Shown: piece after piece, positions 1 through 11,350 of the stretch
How positions within the stretch are numbered: position 1 is the first letter of the stretch
How the letters are laid out: every line of letters begins with the position of its first letter
DNA from: Acidimicrobiia bacterium
GTDB lineage: Bacteria > Actinomycetota > Acidimicrobiia > Spongiisociales > ZC4RG35
Direction: 5' to 3'
NCBI GenBank assembly: GCA_012270885.1
Contig: JAAXHN010000005.1
Location: forward strand, 5,775-69,774
Length of the DNA: 64,000 nt
Program-made: the position numbers and the translations under genes
Notes under the pieces: generated by a model
What the model was told of the DNA's origin: nothing
Seen by the model: only the letters and a program-made list of their open reading frames with translations
Database searches by the model: none

Positions 1-539
1 GCGGCCATATTCACCAGACCCACCGCCAGGATCACCGACAGCAGTCCTTCGCCCAACCCTCCGGCGAACAAGACAGCCACCAGGATGAGCGGGAATCCCC
101 AGATGAAGTCCATCACTCCGCTGAGGGAACGGTCGGTCCAACCTCCCCGGAAGCCCGATATGGTCCCGATCGCCAAGCCGGCCAACAGGGCCAACCCGGT
201 CACTCCCACTGCCACAGCCAAACTCACGCGGATGGCGACGAACAGTCTGGTGGCCGTGTCGCGGCCCAGATGGTCGGTGCCCAACAACGCGTCCTCGCTG
301 AAGGGGACGGCATGGATGTTGGAGAAGTTGATCAGTTCGTAGTCGCCACCGACGATGATCGGACCCGCCACCCCGGCCCCCACCACCAGCACCCCGAGAA
401 TCACCCCGGAAAGCAGCAGGCGGTTGCGTATCAGGTTCCGCATCCCTCTCCGGAACACAGAGACGTGTTGACTCTCTTCGAAATCCAAGAGCCGCTGGTC
501 CCATTCGGCGAGATAGGACTCGGGAGTGGAGGCAGTCAT
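1..539 (-). CDS. ABC peptide/nickel transporter permease (DppC/OppC-like), runs off the window edge
   Basis: Absent from the ORF track because it is open at the window edge. Hand translation of the minus strand from ATG at 539 gives MTASTPESYLAEW...LLGTDHLGRDTATRLF...GFRGGWTDRSLSGVMDFIWGFPLILVAV, a DppC/OppC-type pattern. It lies directly downstream of the family-5 binding-protein gene. Confidence 0.75.
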   Translation of the reverse strand, partial: MTASTPESYLAEWDQRLLDFEESQHVSVFRRGMRNLIRNRLLLSGVILGVLVVGAGVAGPIIVGGDYELINFSNIHAVPFSEDALLGTDHLGRDTATRLFVAIRVSLAVAVGVTGLALLAGLAIGTISGFRGGWTDRSLSGVMDFIWGFPLILVAVLFAGGLGEGLLSVILAVGLVNMA

Positions 540-584
540 TACCGGGTCAGTGTAAGAGGTGACGCGCCAGCAACACGTCTACCA

Positions 585-613
585 GAGAAACCCCGCCCCC
601 GAGGAAGGGGCGG
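585..613 (-). terminator. Candidate intercistronic hairpin/attenuator between the binding-protein and permease genes
   Basis: On the minus-strand RNA: CCGCCCC-uuccucg-GGGGCGG (7-bp GC stem) followed by GGUUUCUCU. It sits in the 100-nt gap between 640 and 539. Confidence 0.3.
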
Positions 614-639
614 AGGCTTCTCTCTCGATCGGATCGGTC

Positions 640-2421
640 CTAGGCCTCGATCCAGGTGTCGTTGTAGTACGGGTAGAGCAGCCACACGTGCGGCGACCAG
701 CCATGTACCCGATTGTTCTTCACGAACGTGGAGTTCTGGTTGATGAAGGACATGTTGGGAAGCGTCTCGGCCCAGGCGATCTGGAAGTCGGACTGAGCCT
801 TGGCGGCAGCCTCCTCCGTCCCGGCAGCCTGCCAGTCGGCAATCGCCTGGTCGATACGAGGCTCGTTGGCATGGGACCAGTTGGGCACCGGGATGGTGTA
901 ACTGGCGCAGAACAGGGTCAGCACGTCGATCGGGATGGGCCACAGCCACATGAACAGACCGGCGGGCACTTCCGGGCCTCCGGCTCTCTCGAACCACACC
1001 GCCCGGTCGACCACGTTCACGTCCGCCTGTGCGCCCACCTGTGAGAACTGGGCGGCCGCCGCGGTGGCGATTGCGGTCTGCAGGGACTCGTTCTCCACCA
1101 TGAACTCGAACTGGAGCGGCACGCCGTCGCGCTCTCGTACTCCGTCCGAACCCATCGACCAGCCGGCCGCATCCAACAACCGGTTGGCCTCGGCCACATC
1201 GTAGTTGTTGTGCTGCTCAACCGCCGGGTCGTAGTAGCGGTCGGTGGTCGGGAAGGGCCCGTAGGTGGCGGCGCCGTTGCCAAACAGAAGCGCCTGCACC
1301 ATGCCTTCCCGGTCAACGGCGTGGGAGAGGCCGCGCCGGGTCTCCACGTCGCCGAAGATCTCCGGGAAGTTCTCCCGGTTCATGAACATGAAGTAACCGG
1401 ACCACTCGGCGTGCTGATAAACGGTAAGGTCCGGATTCCCTTGCAGTCGGGCCAGGTCCTGGTGAGCGGGGTTTAACAGGGTGTCGATGTCCCCGTTCTC
1501 CAACTGGGTGGCTCGCTGCCCGGCCTCGGTGATCACTGTCCACCGGATGGCGTCGAGGTAAGCGGTCCCCTTGTTCTCTAAGTAAGGGACGTTCGAGCCC
1601 GGATAGTCATCCCAGCGCTCGACATAGGAGTGGCTGCCGGGCACCCACTCAGTGTGCTTGAACGGGCCGGTAGCGTCAACGATTTCCGTGCCGTAGACGG
1701 AGGCAACGACGCTCTCTCCGGCCAGACCGGTCTCGTCGTCGTATCCGCCCACTTCCTTCCAGGTGTTGATGTTGGCAATCCGCCAGTAGCCGGTGGCGAG
1801 CGGCCCGAGGGTGCCCACCCAGGCATTGTTCATCTTGGCCACCACCTGGCTACCGTCCACCTCATAGTGGCTGATCGGTGAGGCCAGGCTGGCGATGAAG
1901 CTGAACTTCTGGATGCGGTAGAACTCGGCCACATCGGCGGCGGTGATGGTGCCGCCCGAATGGGACTGGCGGTCCTCCACCGTGAACCGGTACTCGAGGC
2001 CGTCGTCGGACACGCTGAAGTCCGTGCAGTACTGGGGTACGAAGTCACCGTCCGGAGAGACCGTCACTATCGCTTCGTAGATGGCGAAGAAGGCCGGGTC
2101 ATACCAGTTGGTGGTGATCGGGTCATGCTTGGAGACGTCACGGTTGTAGCCCTCGCGCAACGTGCCGCCCCGGGTTGGGCCCATCTCCTCGGGCGCCGCG
2201 GTGGTGGCAGGCGCGGCGGTCGTGGTGGGAGCGGCGGTCGTGGTGGGAGCGGCGGTGGTGGCAATCGGTTCTTCGTCATCGCCACAGGAGGCCAGCAGCG
2301 CCGCGGCCGCGGTGGCTCCCACACCGGCCAGCCCCACCTTCTTGAGGAACTGGCGGCGACTCAGCTTTTTCTGCTGGTACTCCTCCAAGACGCTCTGGAT
2401 CTCGGGACTGTTCTCCGTCAT
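640..2421 (-). CDS. ABC transporter substrate-binding protein, family 5 (peptide/nickel type), Tat-exported lipoprotein
   Basis: 593 aa. Twin-arginine motif SRRQFLKKVG, lipobox LLASC, then a T/A/P linker and a long SBP_bac_5-like body. Confidence 0.9.
   Translation of the reverse strand: MTENSPEIQSVLEEYQQKKLSRRQFLKKVGLAGVGATAAAALLASCGDDEEPIATTAAPTTTAAPTTTAAPATTAAPEEMGPTRGGTLREGYNRDVSKHDPITTNWYDPAFFAIYEAIVTVSPDGDFVPQYCTDFSVSDDGLEYRFTVEDRQSHSGGTITAADVAEFYRIQKFSFIASLASPISHYEVDGSQVVAKMNNAWVGTLGPLATGYWRIANINTWKEVGGYDDETGLAGESVVASVYGTEIVDATGPFKHTEWVPGSHSYVERWDDYPGSNVPYLENKGTAYLDAIRWTVITEAGQRATQLENGDIDTLLNPAHQDLARLQGNPDLTVYQHAEWSGYFMFMNRENFPEIFGDVETRRGLSHAVDREGMVQALLFGNGAATYGPFPTTDRYYDPAVEQHNNYDVAEANRLLDAAGWSMGSDGVRERDGVPLQFEFMVENESLQTAIATAAAAQFSQVGAQADVNVVDRAVWFERAGGPEVPAGLFMWLWPIPIDVLTLFCASYTIPVPNWSHANEPRIDQAIADWQAAGTEEAAAKAQSDFQIAWAETLPNMSFINQNSTFVKNNRVHGWSPHVWLLYPYYNDTWIEA
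2195..2260 (-). repeat. 18-nt tandem codon repeat encoding the (PTTTAA)n linker
   Basis: Two exact copies of gcggcggtcgtggtggga at 2213-2230 and 2231-2248, flanked by degenerate copies. Translates to TTAAPTTTAAPTTTAAPATTAAP directly after the lipobox Cys. Confidence 0.7.
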
Positions 2422-2701
2422 AGCTTCACACTCCTTCCTAGCGGTTTAACTTCTCGTGCTTCAGATCTCGCTGGCAACACTGAGGTGAGCAACTGTTTGG
2501 TTTCTCAGATTGCTTCTTTTCACCCGGCCGCCTTAACTGTTTACATAGTAGCCAACCCTCCCTTGACCAACCCCCTGAGGCAGCTTCCGACAAGGTCGGG
2601 GCATAAAGAATTAAAAGCTTGAGCCGAACCCCGATCGAGTTGCTCATAGCGGTCCTGGCGCCTGGCCGATACCATTACCGGCAACCAAGGAGTGATCCCG
2701 A

Positions 2702-3508
2702 ATGTGCACCACCGGCGCTCTGCGAACCGACACCGGATATTTCCTGTTCAAGAACAAGGACTTCGGACGGGTCCGTTTCGAAGATCGTCTGGTGATCGAG
2801 GAGGACGTGTTCGGCATAGCAGGAGTGAAGACCTGGGCGGGAACCGACCCGGACCTGGACCGGTTCTCGGGGTTCTCGCTGGGCGCCAACCGCCACGGAC
2901 TGCTGTGCTGTGACTCCAACGTGCGCACGGTCCCTGGCCTGAACTACGACCGGCTGACGGAGATCGCCCTTCGGGAGGGGACCGACGTCCGGAGCGGGGT
3001 GGCGGTGGTGGAACGGGCCATGAAGAGAGGTCCCTACGTCTGGGGGAACCTGGTGCTGATCGACCAATCCGGTCTGGCGACCGTGGAGGTGCGGGGACAA
3101 CAACTCAAAGCCACCTTCCACCCCACCGACCGGGTAGCCCGTTCCAACCACCATGTCGAGTTGGGCGCCACAAGCGAAGATGATGACACGGTTACCACCG
3201 GCCCCCGGCTGAGATCGACTTCCCGCCGGCTCCGCGACGCCCGGAGACTCTCCGACATCTTCGAACTGCAGGAGTCCCATGACCAGGGCGACTCGGGCAT
3301 CTGTAACCATTCCTCATACAACACCGTCTACTCATATGTATTCGAGAGCGCCGGCGCGTCCATCTTTCTCCACGTGACCCAGGGGAAGCCCTGCCAGAAT
3401 CCCGAGAGGAAGGCCCTTCGGTTGCCTCTGGGAGCGGACTGGAGCCCCGAGGCCGTATTGGCGTTGCAGGACGCCTATCCCTCCAGTCGGGTCCCCGCTC
3501 CGGTCTGA
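2702..3508 (+). CDS. Ntn-hydrolase-like protein (C45/choloylglycine-hydrolase-like) with a Cys2 nucleophile
   Basis: 268 aa starting MCTTGAL. A Cys right after the initiator Met is typical of Cys-Ntn hydrolases. AAGGAG RBS upstream. The family assignment rests on pattern recognition only. Confidence 0.5.
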   Translation: MCTTGALRTDTGYFLFKNKDFGRVRFEDRLVIEEDVFGIAGVKTWAGTDPDLDRFSGFSLGANRHGLLCCDSNVRTVPGLNYDRLTEIALREGTDVRSGVAVVERAMKRGPYVWGNLVLIDQSGLATVEVRGQQLKATFHPTDRVARSNHHVELGATSEDDDTVTTGPRLRSTSRRLRDARRLSDIFELQESHDQGDSGICNHSSYNTVYSYVFESAGASIFLHVTQGKPCQNPERKALRLPLGADWSPEAVLALQDAYPSSRVPAPV

Positions 3509-3558
3509 TCCCGGCGCTCACCGGTTGACCGGGGACCTATCGTCATCGTCAGGGGGAG

Positions 3559-3596
3559 GTGCGAACCCCTGTCACAGGTGCGAACCCCTGTCACAG
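3559..3596. repeat. Exact 19-bp tandem duplication (x2) spanning the nuoN stop codon
   Basis: gtgcgaacccctgtcacag occurs at 3559-3577 and again at 3578-3596. Each unit contains the near-palindrome CCTGTCACAGG. On the nuo transcript each copy can fold as CAGGGG-UUCG-CACCUG. Confidence 0.85.
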
Positions 3597-5045
3597 GTAG
3601 ACGGCGGATTCGACCAGCTTGAGCAGAGGCTGTGGGAACACGCCCAGAACCACGGTCACCGCGGTTGCCGCTCCCAGGGACCATGCGGTTGGCCAATCAC
3701 AGAGCACCGGGTCTTCGCTGGTGGGAGACCGCATATACATGGTCACAATCACCCGCAGATAGAGATAGATCGCCATCGCCGAGGCCACCACAGCCACCAC
3801 CACCAGCCATTCCAGGTCTCCTCTCCACGCCGAGAGAAAGACACCCAGCTTGGCGACGAATCCCGTGGTGAGAGGAAGGCCCGCCATCCCCAGGAGGGAG
3901 ACCGACAAGACCATGGCCAGGAAGGGCGAGCGGCGGTAGAGACCCCGGTAATCGGAGAGATCCGACCCCGAAGAGACCGCTCCCCCGACCACGGAAATCA
4001 CCGAGAAGGCCGCCACCAACTGCACGGTGTAGACCGCCAGGTAGAGCCAGACCGAAGACGATCCCTGGGCGCCTGAGGCGAGGCCGGTGAGAATGAAACC
4101 GGCGTGAGCCACTCCCGAGTAGGCCAGCAGGCGACGGATGTCCGAGGAGATGATGGCCATCAGCGCTCCAACGACCATCGAGAGCGCGGCGATCCCCGCC
4201 ACGATCGGCGCCCAGTCCGGTCGGAAGCTGTCGAAACCGGACAGCAGCACCCTGGCCAGCGCCGCAAACCCGCCCACCTTGGCCACCGCGGCCATGTATC
4301 CCACAATCCCCGCCGGGGCACCCTGGTAGACGTCCGGCGCCCACACGTGGAAGGGAGCAGCCGCCACCTTGAATGAAAGCCCCGCCGTCAAGAGGCCGAT
4401 CCCCACCAGGAGGACCGCCGGAGAGAGCACCAGGCTGCGGGCAAAGAACTGTCCGATCCCCGAAAGATCCAGAGAGCCCGTCCCGGCAAACACCAGGGCC
4501 GCCCCGTAGATGAACACGGCGGACGCCACCGCTCCCAGCAGCAGGTACTTGAGCGCCGCCTCGTCGGAACGCACCCCGTCCCCGGCAATGCCGGCCAGGA
4601 TGTAGAGGGAGATCGATCCCATCTCCAGCCCCAGGAACATCATCACCAGGTTTTGGGAGGCGGCCATGAGGATGAAGCCGGCCGCCGCCAGGAGCACCAG
4701 AGCCAGTCCCTCGGCTGCCCGATTCCCCAGGTGGGCGAAGAGGCTGCGTGCGGCCGCAACGGCCTGGATGGAGACCCCCAAGACCACCAGGCGGGCCAGC
4801 GCGGCGGAACGATCGAAGATGAGCATCCCTCCGAAGATCGGCTCTCCATCGGGAGTGGCGGCGTTCCACTGCCAGACGCCCAGCGCCAAGGAGACCGCGA
4901 AGATCACCACCGAAGCCCTCCACAAGACCCTGACGCCGGGCTTGAACTGTACATCCAACAACAGGAGCGCCACCGCCCCGAACACCAGGACCAACTCGGG
5001 AGCCAGCGCCGCCCAGGCGATCTCGGGAAATGCTGCGGGAATCAC
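3591..5045 (-). CDS. nuoN: NADH-quinone oxidoreductase subunit N
   Basis: 484-aa polytopic membrane protein with the ND2/NuoN pattern. Its start overlaps the nuoM stop by 4 nt. It is the last gene of the nuoHIJKLMN run. Confidence 0.93.
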   Translation of the reverse strand: MIPAAFPEIAWAALAPELVLVFGAVALLLLDVQFKPGVRVLWRASVVIFAVSLALGVWQWNAATPDGEPIFGGMLIFDRSAALARLVVLGVSIQAVAAARSLFAHLGNRAAEGLALVLLAAAGFILMAASQNLVMMFLGLEMGSISLYILAGIAGDGVRSDEAALKYLLLGAVASAVFIYGAALVFAGTGSLDLSGIGQFFARSLVLSPAVLLVGIGLLTAGLSFKVAAAPFHVWAPDVYQGAPAGIVGYMAAVAKVGGFAALARVLLSGFDSFRPDWAPIVAGIAALSMVVGALMAIISSDIRRLLAYSGVAHAGFILTGLASGAQGSSSVWLYLAVYTVQLVAAFSVISVVGGAVSSGSDLSDYRGLYRRSPFLAMVLSVSLLGMAGLPLTTGFVAKLGVFLSAWRGDLEWLVVVAVVASAMAIYLYLRVIVTMYMRSPTSEDPVLCDWPTAWSLGAATAVTVVLGVFPQPLLKLVESAVYL

Positions 5046-6586
5046 GACTCATCCTCCGAAGCCGTGGCGAACACATCCGCCAGTCTCCCTGGCGAGGGCG
5101 CCTCATAGTCGGTGTTCTGCTCGATACGGTCGAGAATCGCTTCCACGGATGGGGCGGTCCTCTCCAAGAGGACGCCGGGATACAGACCGAGCAGCAGGAC
5201 CAGGGCCGCCAAGGGCGCCAGCACCGCCGTCTCCTTGGGGGTGAGGTCGGCGAGTTTCCGGTTCTCCGCGCCCTCCACCGGTCCCGTGAACACCCGCTGA
5301 TAGGCCCACAACATGTACACGGCGGCCAGCACCACCCCGAACGCCGCCACCACCGTCAGGCTGGGAAGGGAGGGAAAGCTCCCCACCAACACCAGGAATT
5401 CCCCGACGAACCCGTTGAGACCGGGCAGGCCGATGGAGGCGAAGGCCATGAACAGGAAGAACCCGGCCATGAGGGGCGCCGGGGTGGCCAGACCCCCGAA
5501 GTCGCTGATCTGTTTGGTGTGACGCCGATCATAGAGCATCCCGACCAGGAGGAACAGGGCCCCGGTGGTGAGCCCGTGGTTGACGTTCTGAACAACCGCC
5601 CCCTGGAGCCCGGCTGAAGTGAGGGCGAAGATCCCCAGAACCACGAACCCCAGGTGGCTCACCGACGAATAGGCAACCAGCTTCTTGAGGTCGGGCTGGA
5701 CGATCGCCACCACCGCCCCGTAGATGATTCCCACCACCGCCAGGACCGCCAGGACGGGAACCAGGGAGACCGTCGCCTCGGGAAAGAGCGTGAGGTTGAA
5801 CCGCAACAGCCCGTAGGTTCCCAGCTTCAAGAGCACTCCTGCCAGCAGCACCGATCCGGCCGTGGGCGCTTCGACATGGGCGTCGGGAAGCCAGGTGTGG
5901 AAGGGAAACAGGGGCACCTTGATCGCAAAGGCCAGGGCAAAAGCGCCGAACAACCACATCTGGGCGGTCGGCGAGATGTCCAGGGCCAGCAAGGCCAGAA
6001 AGTCGAAGCTGAGCAGGCCCTCGGGTGTCTGGGAGGCATGCATGACAGCCAGAGCGATGATCGCCGCCAGCAGTAGCGCGGAACCGAACGCGGTGTAGAT
6101 GAAGAACTTGACCGCCGCGTAGACCCGCCGCTTGCCTCCCCACACTCCGATTATCAGGTACATGGGGACCAGGATCACCTCGAAGAAGACGAAGAACAGC
6201 AGGAGGTCCAGAGCGAGGAACGTGCCGATCAGGCCCGTCTCCAGAAAGAGCATGGCCACCACGAAGGCCTTGCGCCGGTGGGAGATGGAATCGGAGACCG
6301 CCAGGCTGAGGGGGAACAAGACAGCCGTGAGAGCCACCATCCCCAGTGAGATCCCGTCCACGCCCAGCTGCCACGACACCCCCCACGGCTCCCACCACAC
6401 CACCTTCTCGACCATCTGGAAAGAGGCCTCCCCCACGTCGAAGGAGAAGAACACCGCCCCCGCCAACCCCAGGGGAGCCGCGGACAGGGCCATGCCCAGT
6501 GGCAGATGCAGTTCCCGCCGACGGGCCGGCACCAGCGAAACCACCACCGCCCCCAGGAGGGGCGTGAGAACCAGCAGAGTCAGCAT
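5042..6586 (-). CDS. nuoM: NADH-quinone oxidoreductase subunit M
   Basis: 514-aa ND4/NuoM-type antiporter-like subunit located between nuoL and nuoN. Confidence 0.93.
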   Translation of the reverse strand: MLTLLVLTPLLGAVVVSLVPARRRELHLPLGMALSAAPLGLAGAVFFSFDVGEASFQMVEKVVWWEPWGVSWQLGVDGISLGMVALTAVLFPLSLAVSDSISHRRKAFVVAMLFLETGLIGTFLALDLLLFFVFFEVILVPMYLIIGVWGGKRRVYAAVKFFIYTAFGSALLLAAIIALAVMHASQTPEGLLSFDFLALLALDISPTAQMWLFGAFALAFAIKVPLFPFHTWLPDAHVEAPTAGSVLLAGVLLKLGTYGLLRFNLTLFPEATVSLVPVLAVLAVVGIIYGAVVAIVQPDLKKLVAYSSVSHLGFVVLGIFALTSAGLQGAVVQNVNHGLTTGALFLLVGMLYDRRHTKQISDFGGLATPAPLMAGFFLFMAFASIGLPGLNGFVGEFLVLVGSFPSLPSLTVVAAFGVVLAAVYMLWAYQRVFTGPVEGAENRKLADLTPKETAVLAPLAALVLLLGLYPGVLLERTAPSVEAILDRIEQNTDYEAPSPGRLADVFATASEDES

Positions 6587-6596
6587 TGCCGGTGAC

Positions 6597-8494
<1,898 letters not shown>

Positions 8495-8498
<4 letters not shown>

Positions 8499-8803
8499 CC
8501 CCGAAGCGCTGCCAACTCGTCGACCGAGGCGGTCTCCCGTCTCCTGAATATGGCGACGATGATCGCCAGGCCCACCACCACCTCGGCGGCCGCCACCACC
8601 AGTACGAAGAACACCGCCACCTGCCCGTCCAGCACTCCCGCCGCCCGGCCGGCGGCCACAAAGGTGAGGTTGACCGCGTTGAGCATCAACTCCACGCACA
8701 TGAACATCACCAGGGCGTTACGTCTGATCAGGACCCCGGTCATCCCCAGGACGAACAGGATGGCGGCCAGCGTCATGTACCAGCCCGAGGTGACGACTGG
8801 CAT
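8495..8803 (-). CDS. nuoK: NADH-quinone oxidoreductase subunit K
   Basis: Start moved to ATG 8803 ([29 protein letters not shown]...). About 100 aa with 3 TM segments, the ND4L pattern. Confidence 0.9.
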
Positions 8804-9336
8804 CAGTCCTCCGTCGGCGTCTCGGGGGACCGTCGGTGAAAAGCCAGGGCGATCGCCCCCACCGCGGCGATGGTCAACAAGAGAGCGGTCACCTCCACCC
8901 CCAGCACCCAAGTGGTGAAAAGCTCTCCTCCCAGAGCCTGGACCGTGCCGTTGGGAATCTCGGCCACCTCTCCCGAGGCGGGAGTCCAGGAGAACCGGCC
9001 CCTCGACACGAGCGTCGCCGCTCCCAGCGCCACCGCGGTGGCGAGTCCGGCCACCAGCTTGCGCTGGAAGGGAATGGTCTCGGAAGTGTCCTCGGAGCGG
9101 TCCACGCCGATGAACATGATCACGAACAGGAACAGGGTCAAAACCGCACCCGCATACACCACCACCTGGACGGCAGCCACCAGGTGGGCCAGGTTGACGA
9201 CGTATATGACGGCCAGGGAGACCAAAGCTCCCAGGAGCCCCAGGGCGGAGCGGACCGGGTTGCGAGCCAGGACCACGGTCACCGCGCCGGCCAGCGTCCC
9301 CGCCCCCATCAGTATGAAGATCACCAGTTCAACCAT
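8803..9336 (-). CDS. nuoJ: NADH-quinone oxidoreductase subunit J
   Basis: Start moved to ATG 9336 ([32 protein letters not shown]...), the ND6/NuoJ pattern. The stop overlaps the nuoK start. Confidence 0.85.
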   Translation of the reverse strand: MVELVIFILMGAGTLAGAVTVVLARNPVRSALGLLGALVSLAVIYVVNLAHLVAAVQVVVYAGAVLTLFLFVIMFIGVDRSEDTSETIPFQRKLVAGLATAVALGAATLVSRGRFSWTPASGEVAEIPNGTVQALGGELFTTWVLGVEVTALLLTIAAVGAIALAFHRRSPETPTED

Positions 9337-9967
9337 GCGGTGAATCCCTGGTCTCCTGATCGGGTTCCGGCGTCCAGGAGGCCGGGCCGGGGGTGGCCTG
9401 CCACATGGTCTCGCCCTCGTAGGCCGCCACCCCGCTGGGAGAGGTGGCGCGCAGCCATCCGTCGGCAGCGTCCAGTTCGGAAAGGTCGGCAAACGGGTCC
9501 TCGGGGTAGATGTGGGGGACCGACCCGTCCTCCGCCATCAACAGTTCCTTCCTGGTGTGGATGGCGTCGTTGCGGTTTGTGACCGACATCTCGAAGAGGT
9601 GGGTCATGGTGATGGCCTCCGTCGGACAAGCCTCCACACACAGCCCGCAGAAGATGCAGCGCAGCATGTTTATCTCATACACGTAGCCGAAGCGCTCTCC
9701 TGGACTCTGGGGGTCATCGGGCGGGTTGTCCGCCCCCCGCACATAGATGCAGCGAGCCGGGCAGGCTCCCGCGCACAGTTCGCACCCGATGCATTTCTCC
9801 ATCCCGTCGGGATAGCGATTCAGGACATGGCGACCGTGGAACCGGACCGGTTTCTCCCGCATCTCCGAGGGGTATTGAGTGGTGACTATGTCCTTGCCGA
9901 ACAGACCTCGCAGCCCTATCGAGCCGGTCACCTTGAAGCCTTTCCAGAATTCTCTAAGTATTCCCAT
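9329..9967 (-). CDS. nuoI: NADH-quinone oxidoreductase subunit I (2x[4Fe-4S])
   Basis: Two ferredoxin motifs, [12 protein letters not shown] and [12 protein letters not shown]. Has a C-terminal extension. Confidence 0.95.
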   Translation of the reverse strand: MGILREFWKGFKVTGSIGLRGLFGKDIVTTQYPSEMREKPVRFHGRHVLNRYPDGMEKCIGCELCAGACPARCIYVRGADNPPDDPQSPGERFGYVYEINMLRCIFCGLCVEACPTEAITMTHLFEMSVTNRNDAIHTRKELLMAEDGSVPHIYPEDPFADLSELDAADGWLRATSPSGVAAYEGETMWQATPGPASWTPEPDQETRDSPHG

Positions 9968-9975
9968 TTCTCACC

Positions 9976-11091
9976 TCACCCTATAAAGGGCAGCCCGAAC
10001 TGACGGAAGCCGATCACCACGGTGGAGATCACCAGCCACAGCATCGAGGCGGGTATCAGCCGCTTCCAACCCAGGGTCATCAACTGGTCGTAGCGCAACC
10101 TCGGAAGGGTGGCCCTGATCCAGAAGAACGCCACCACCAGCACATAGCTCTTCAACATCAGCCACACCACGGGCAGAATGGCCGAAACCCACGCAGGTAC
10201 TACTCCTTCCCATGTCGGGCCGTTCCACCCGCCGAAAAAGAGGGTGGCGGCAATGGCGCACATGGAGAGGATGTTGATGTACTCGGCCAGAAAGAACATG
10301 GCGAACCGGATTCCTGAGTACTCGGTGTGGAATCCCCCCACCAGCTCCTGCTCCGCCTCCACCAGGTCGAAAGGCGCCCGGTTGGTCTCCGCCACCGCCG
10401 CCAGGAAAAAGATCACGAATGCCACTACCTGGGGAAACACATACCACCGGGGTATGAGGCTGACCACCGGGTCGAGGAAGGCGACCGTCCCCGACCAGGT
10501 CCCCGACTGGCGCTCCACGATCTCGGCAAGAGAAAGCGTTCCGCTCTCGGCCCCCGGAGCGGTGGCCGAGAACATCACAACCGCCACCATCGCCAGACCC
10601 ATGGCCGCCTCATAGGAGATGGCTTGGGCCGTGGCCCGCACGCCTCCCAGCAACGGATACTTGGACCCCGACGACCACCCGGCCAGCACCACCGCGTACA
10701 CGGCCATGGAGGACATGGCCAGGATGAACAGGATTCCGATGTTGAGGTCCGCCCCCTGGAGCGGCACCTGCCGACCCGCAATCTCCAGGCCCGGACCGAG
10801 GGGAACCATCATGAAGATCAAAAAGGCGGGAACCACCGCCAAGAAAGGCGCCAGCAGGTAAGCGCCCAAATCCACCTTCCTCGGAGTCACCTGTTCCTTG
10901 AAGAACAGCTTCAACCCGTCGGCGAGTGTCTGGAGGATCCCCCACGGCCCCGCCCGGGCTGGGCCCACGCGGTTCTGCATGTCCGCCACGACCTTTCGCT
11001 CCAGCCAGATGTTGACGATGGTGAGCACCACCAACAGGCCGAACACCCCGACCACGCGGGCAGCCACCAATAACAGATCCACCCAGTCCAT
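9976..11091 (-). CDS. nuoH: NADH-quinone oxidoreductase subunit H
   Basis: Start moved to ATG 11091 (MDWVDLLLVAARV...NIWLERKVVADMQNRVGPARAGPWGILQTLADGLKLF), the ND1/NuoH signature. It is the first gene of the operon in this window. Confidence 0.9.
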   Translation of the reverse strand: MDWVDLLLVAARVVGVFGLLVVLTIVNIWLERKVVADMQNRVGPARAGPWGILQTLADGLKLFFKEQVTPRKVDLGAYLLAPFLAVVPAFLIFMMVPLGPGLEIAGRQVPLQGADLNIGILFILAMSSMAVYAVVLAGWSSGSKYPLLGGVRATAQAISYEAAMGLAMVAVVMFSATAPGAESGTLSLAEIVERQSGTWSGTVAFLDPVVSLIPRWYVFPQVVAFVIFFLAAVAETNRAPFDLVEAEQELVGGFHTEYSGIRFAMFFLAEYINILSMCAIAATLFFGGWNGPTWEGVVPAWVSAILPVVWLMLKSYVLVVAFFWIRATLPRLRYDQLMTLGWKRLIPASMLWLVISTVVIGFRQFGLPFIG

Positions 11092-11350
11092 CAGAGGGTT
11101 GTCACCAGGAAATAGAGCGCTGCCACGGCCTAGGTGAAAGATTAGAAACGCCCACCCCCATAACAAAACCCTTCCTCCCAGCCCGGAAAACCGGTTGCCG
11201 ACACCGCCGGTGGTGCGGCTTTCACGGCCGGTTTCCAGAAAGAGGGCTGTCGGGATGCCAAACGCCCGGCCAACGAGGTTAACATAATGTAAAGCCCATG
11301 CGGCGGTGTCACTTTGCGATACCGAGTCCCCCGAGCCCAGGAGGCGCCCC

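Noticed and set aside
3697-5106. Very long ORFs antisense to, or overlapping, recognised genes, for example 3697..5106(-), 11309..12253(-), 24927..25826(-), 43965..42916(-), 52692..54182(-), 59559..60908(-), 6132..7601(+) and 34220..35428(+).
   Set aside because: Their products are Arg/Gly/Pro-rich low-complexity strings with no recognisable motifs. Each lies in an alternative frame or strand of a gene with clear family signatures. This is the typical open-frame artefact of high-GC DNA.
11092-11350. A possible riboswitch (ZTP/pfl or THF type) in the structured GC-rich region upstream of fhs, for example GGAAAACCGG...CCGGTTTCC enclosing CACCGCCGGTGGTG.
   Set aside because: I could not find the conserved ZTP cores (GACUGGCG / CCGCCUGGGCA-like) or any other motif I recognise. 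The region is also the nuoH promoter/leader on the other strand. It needs cmscan before any claim.
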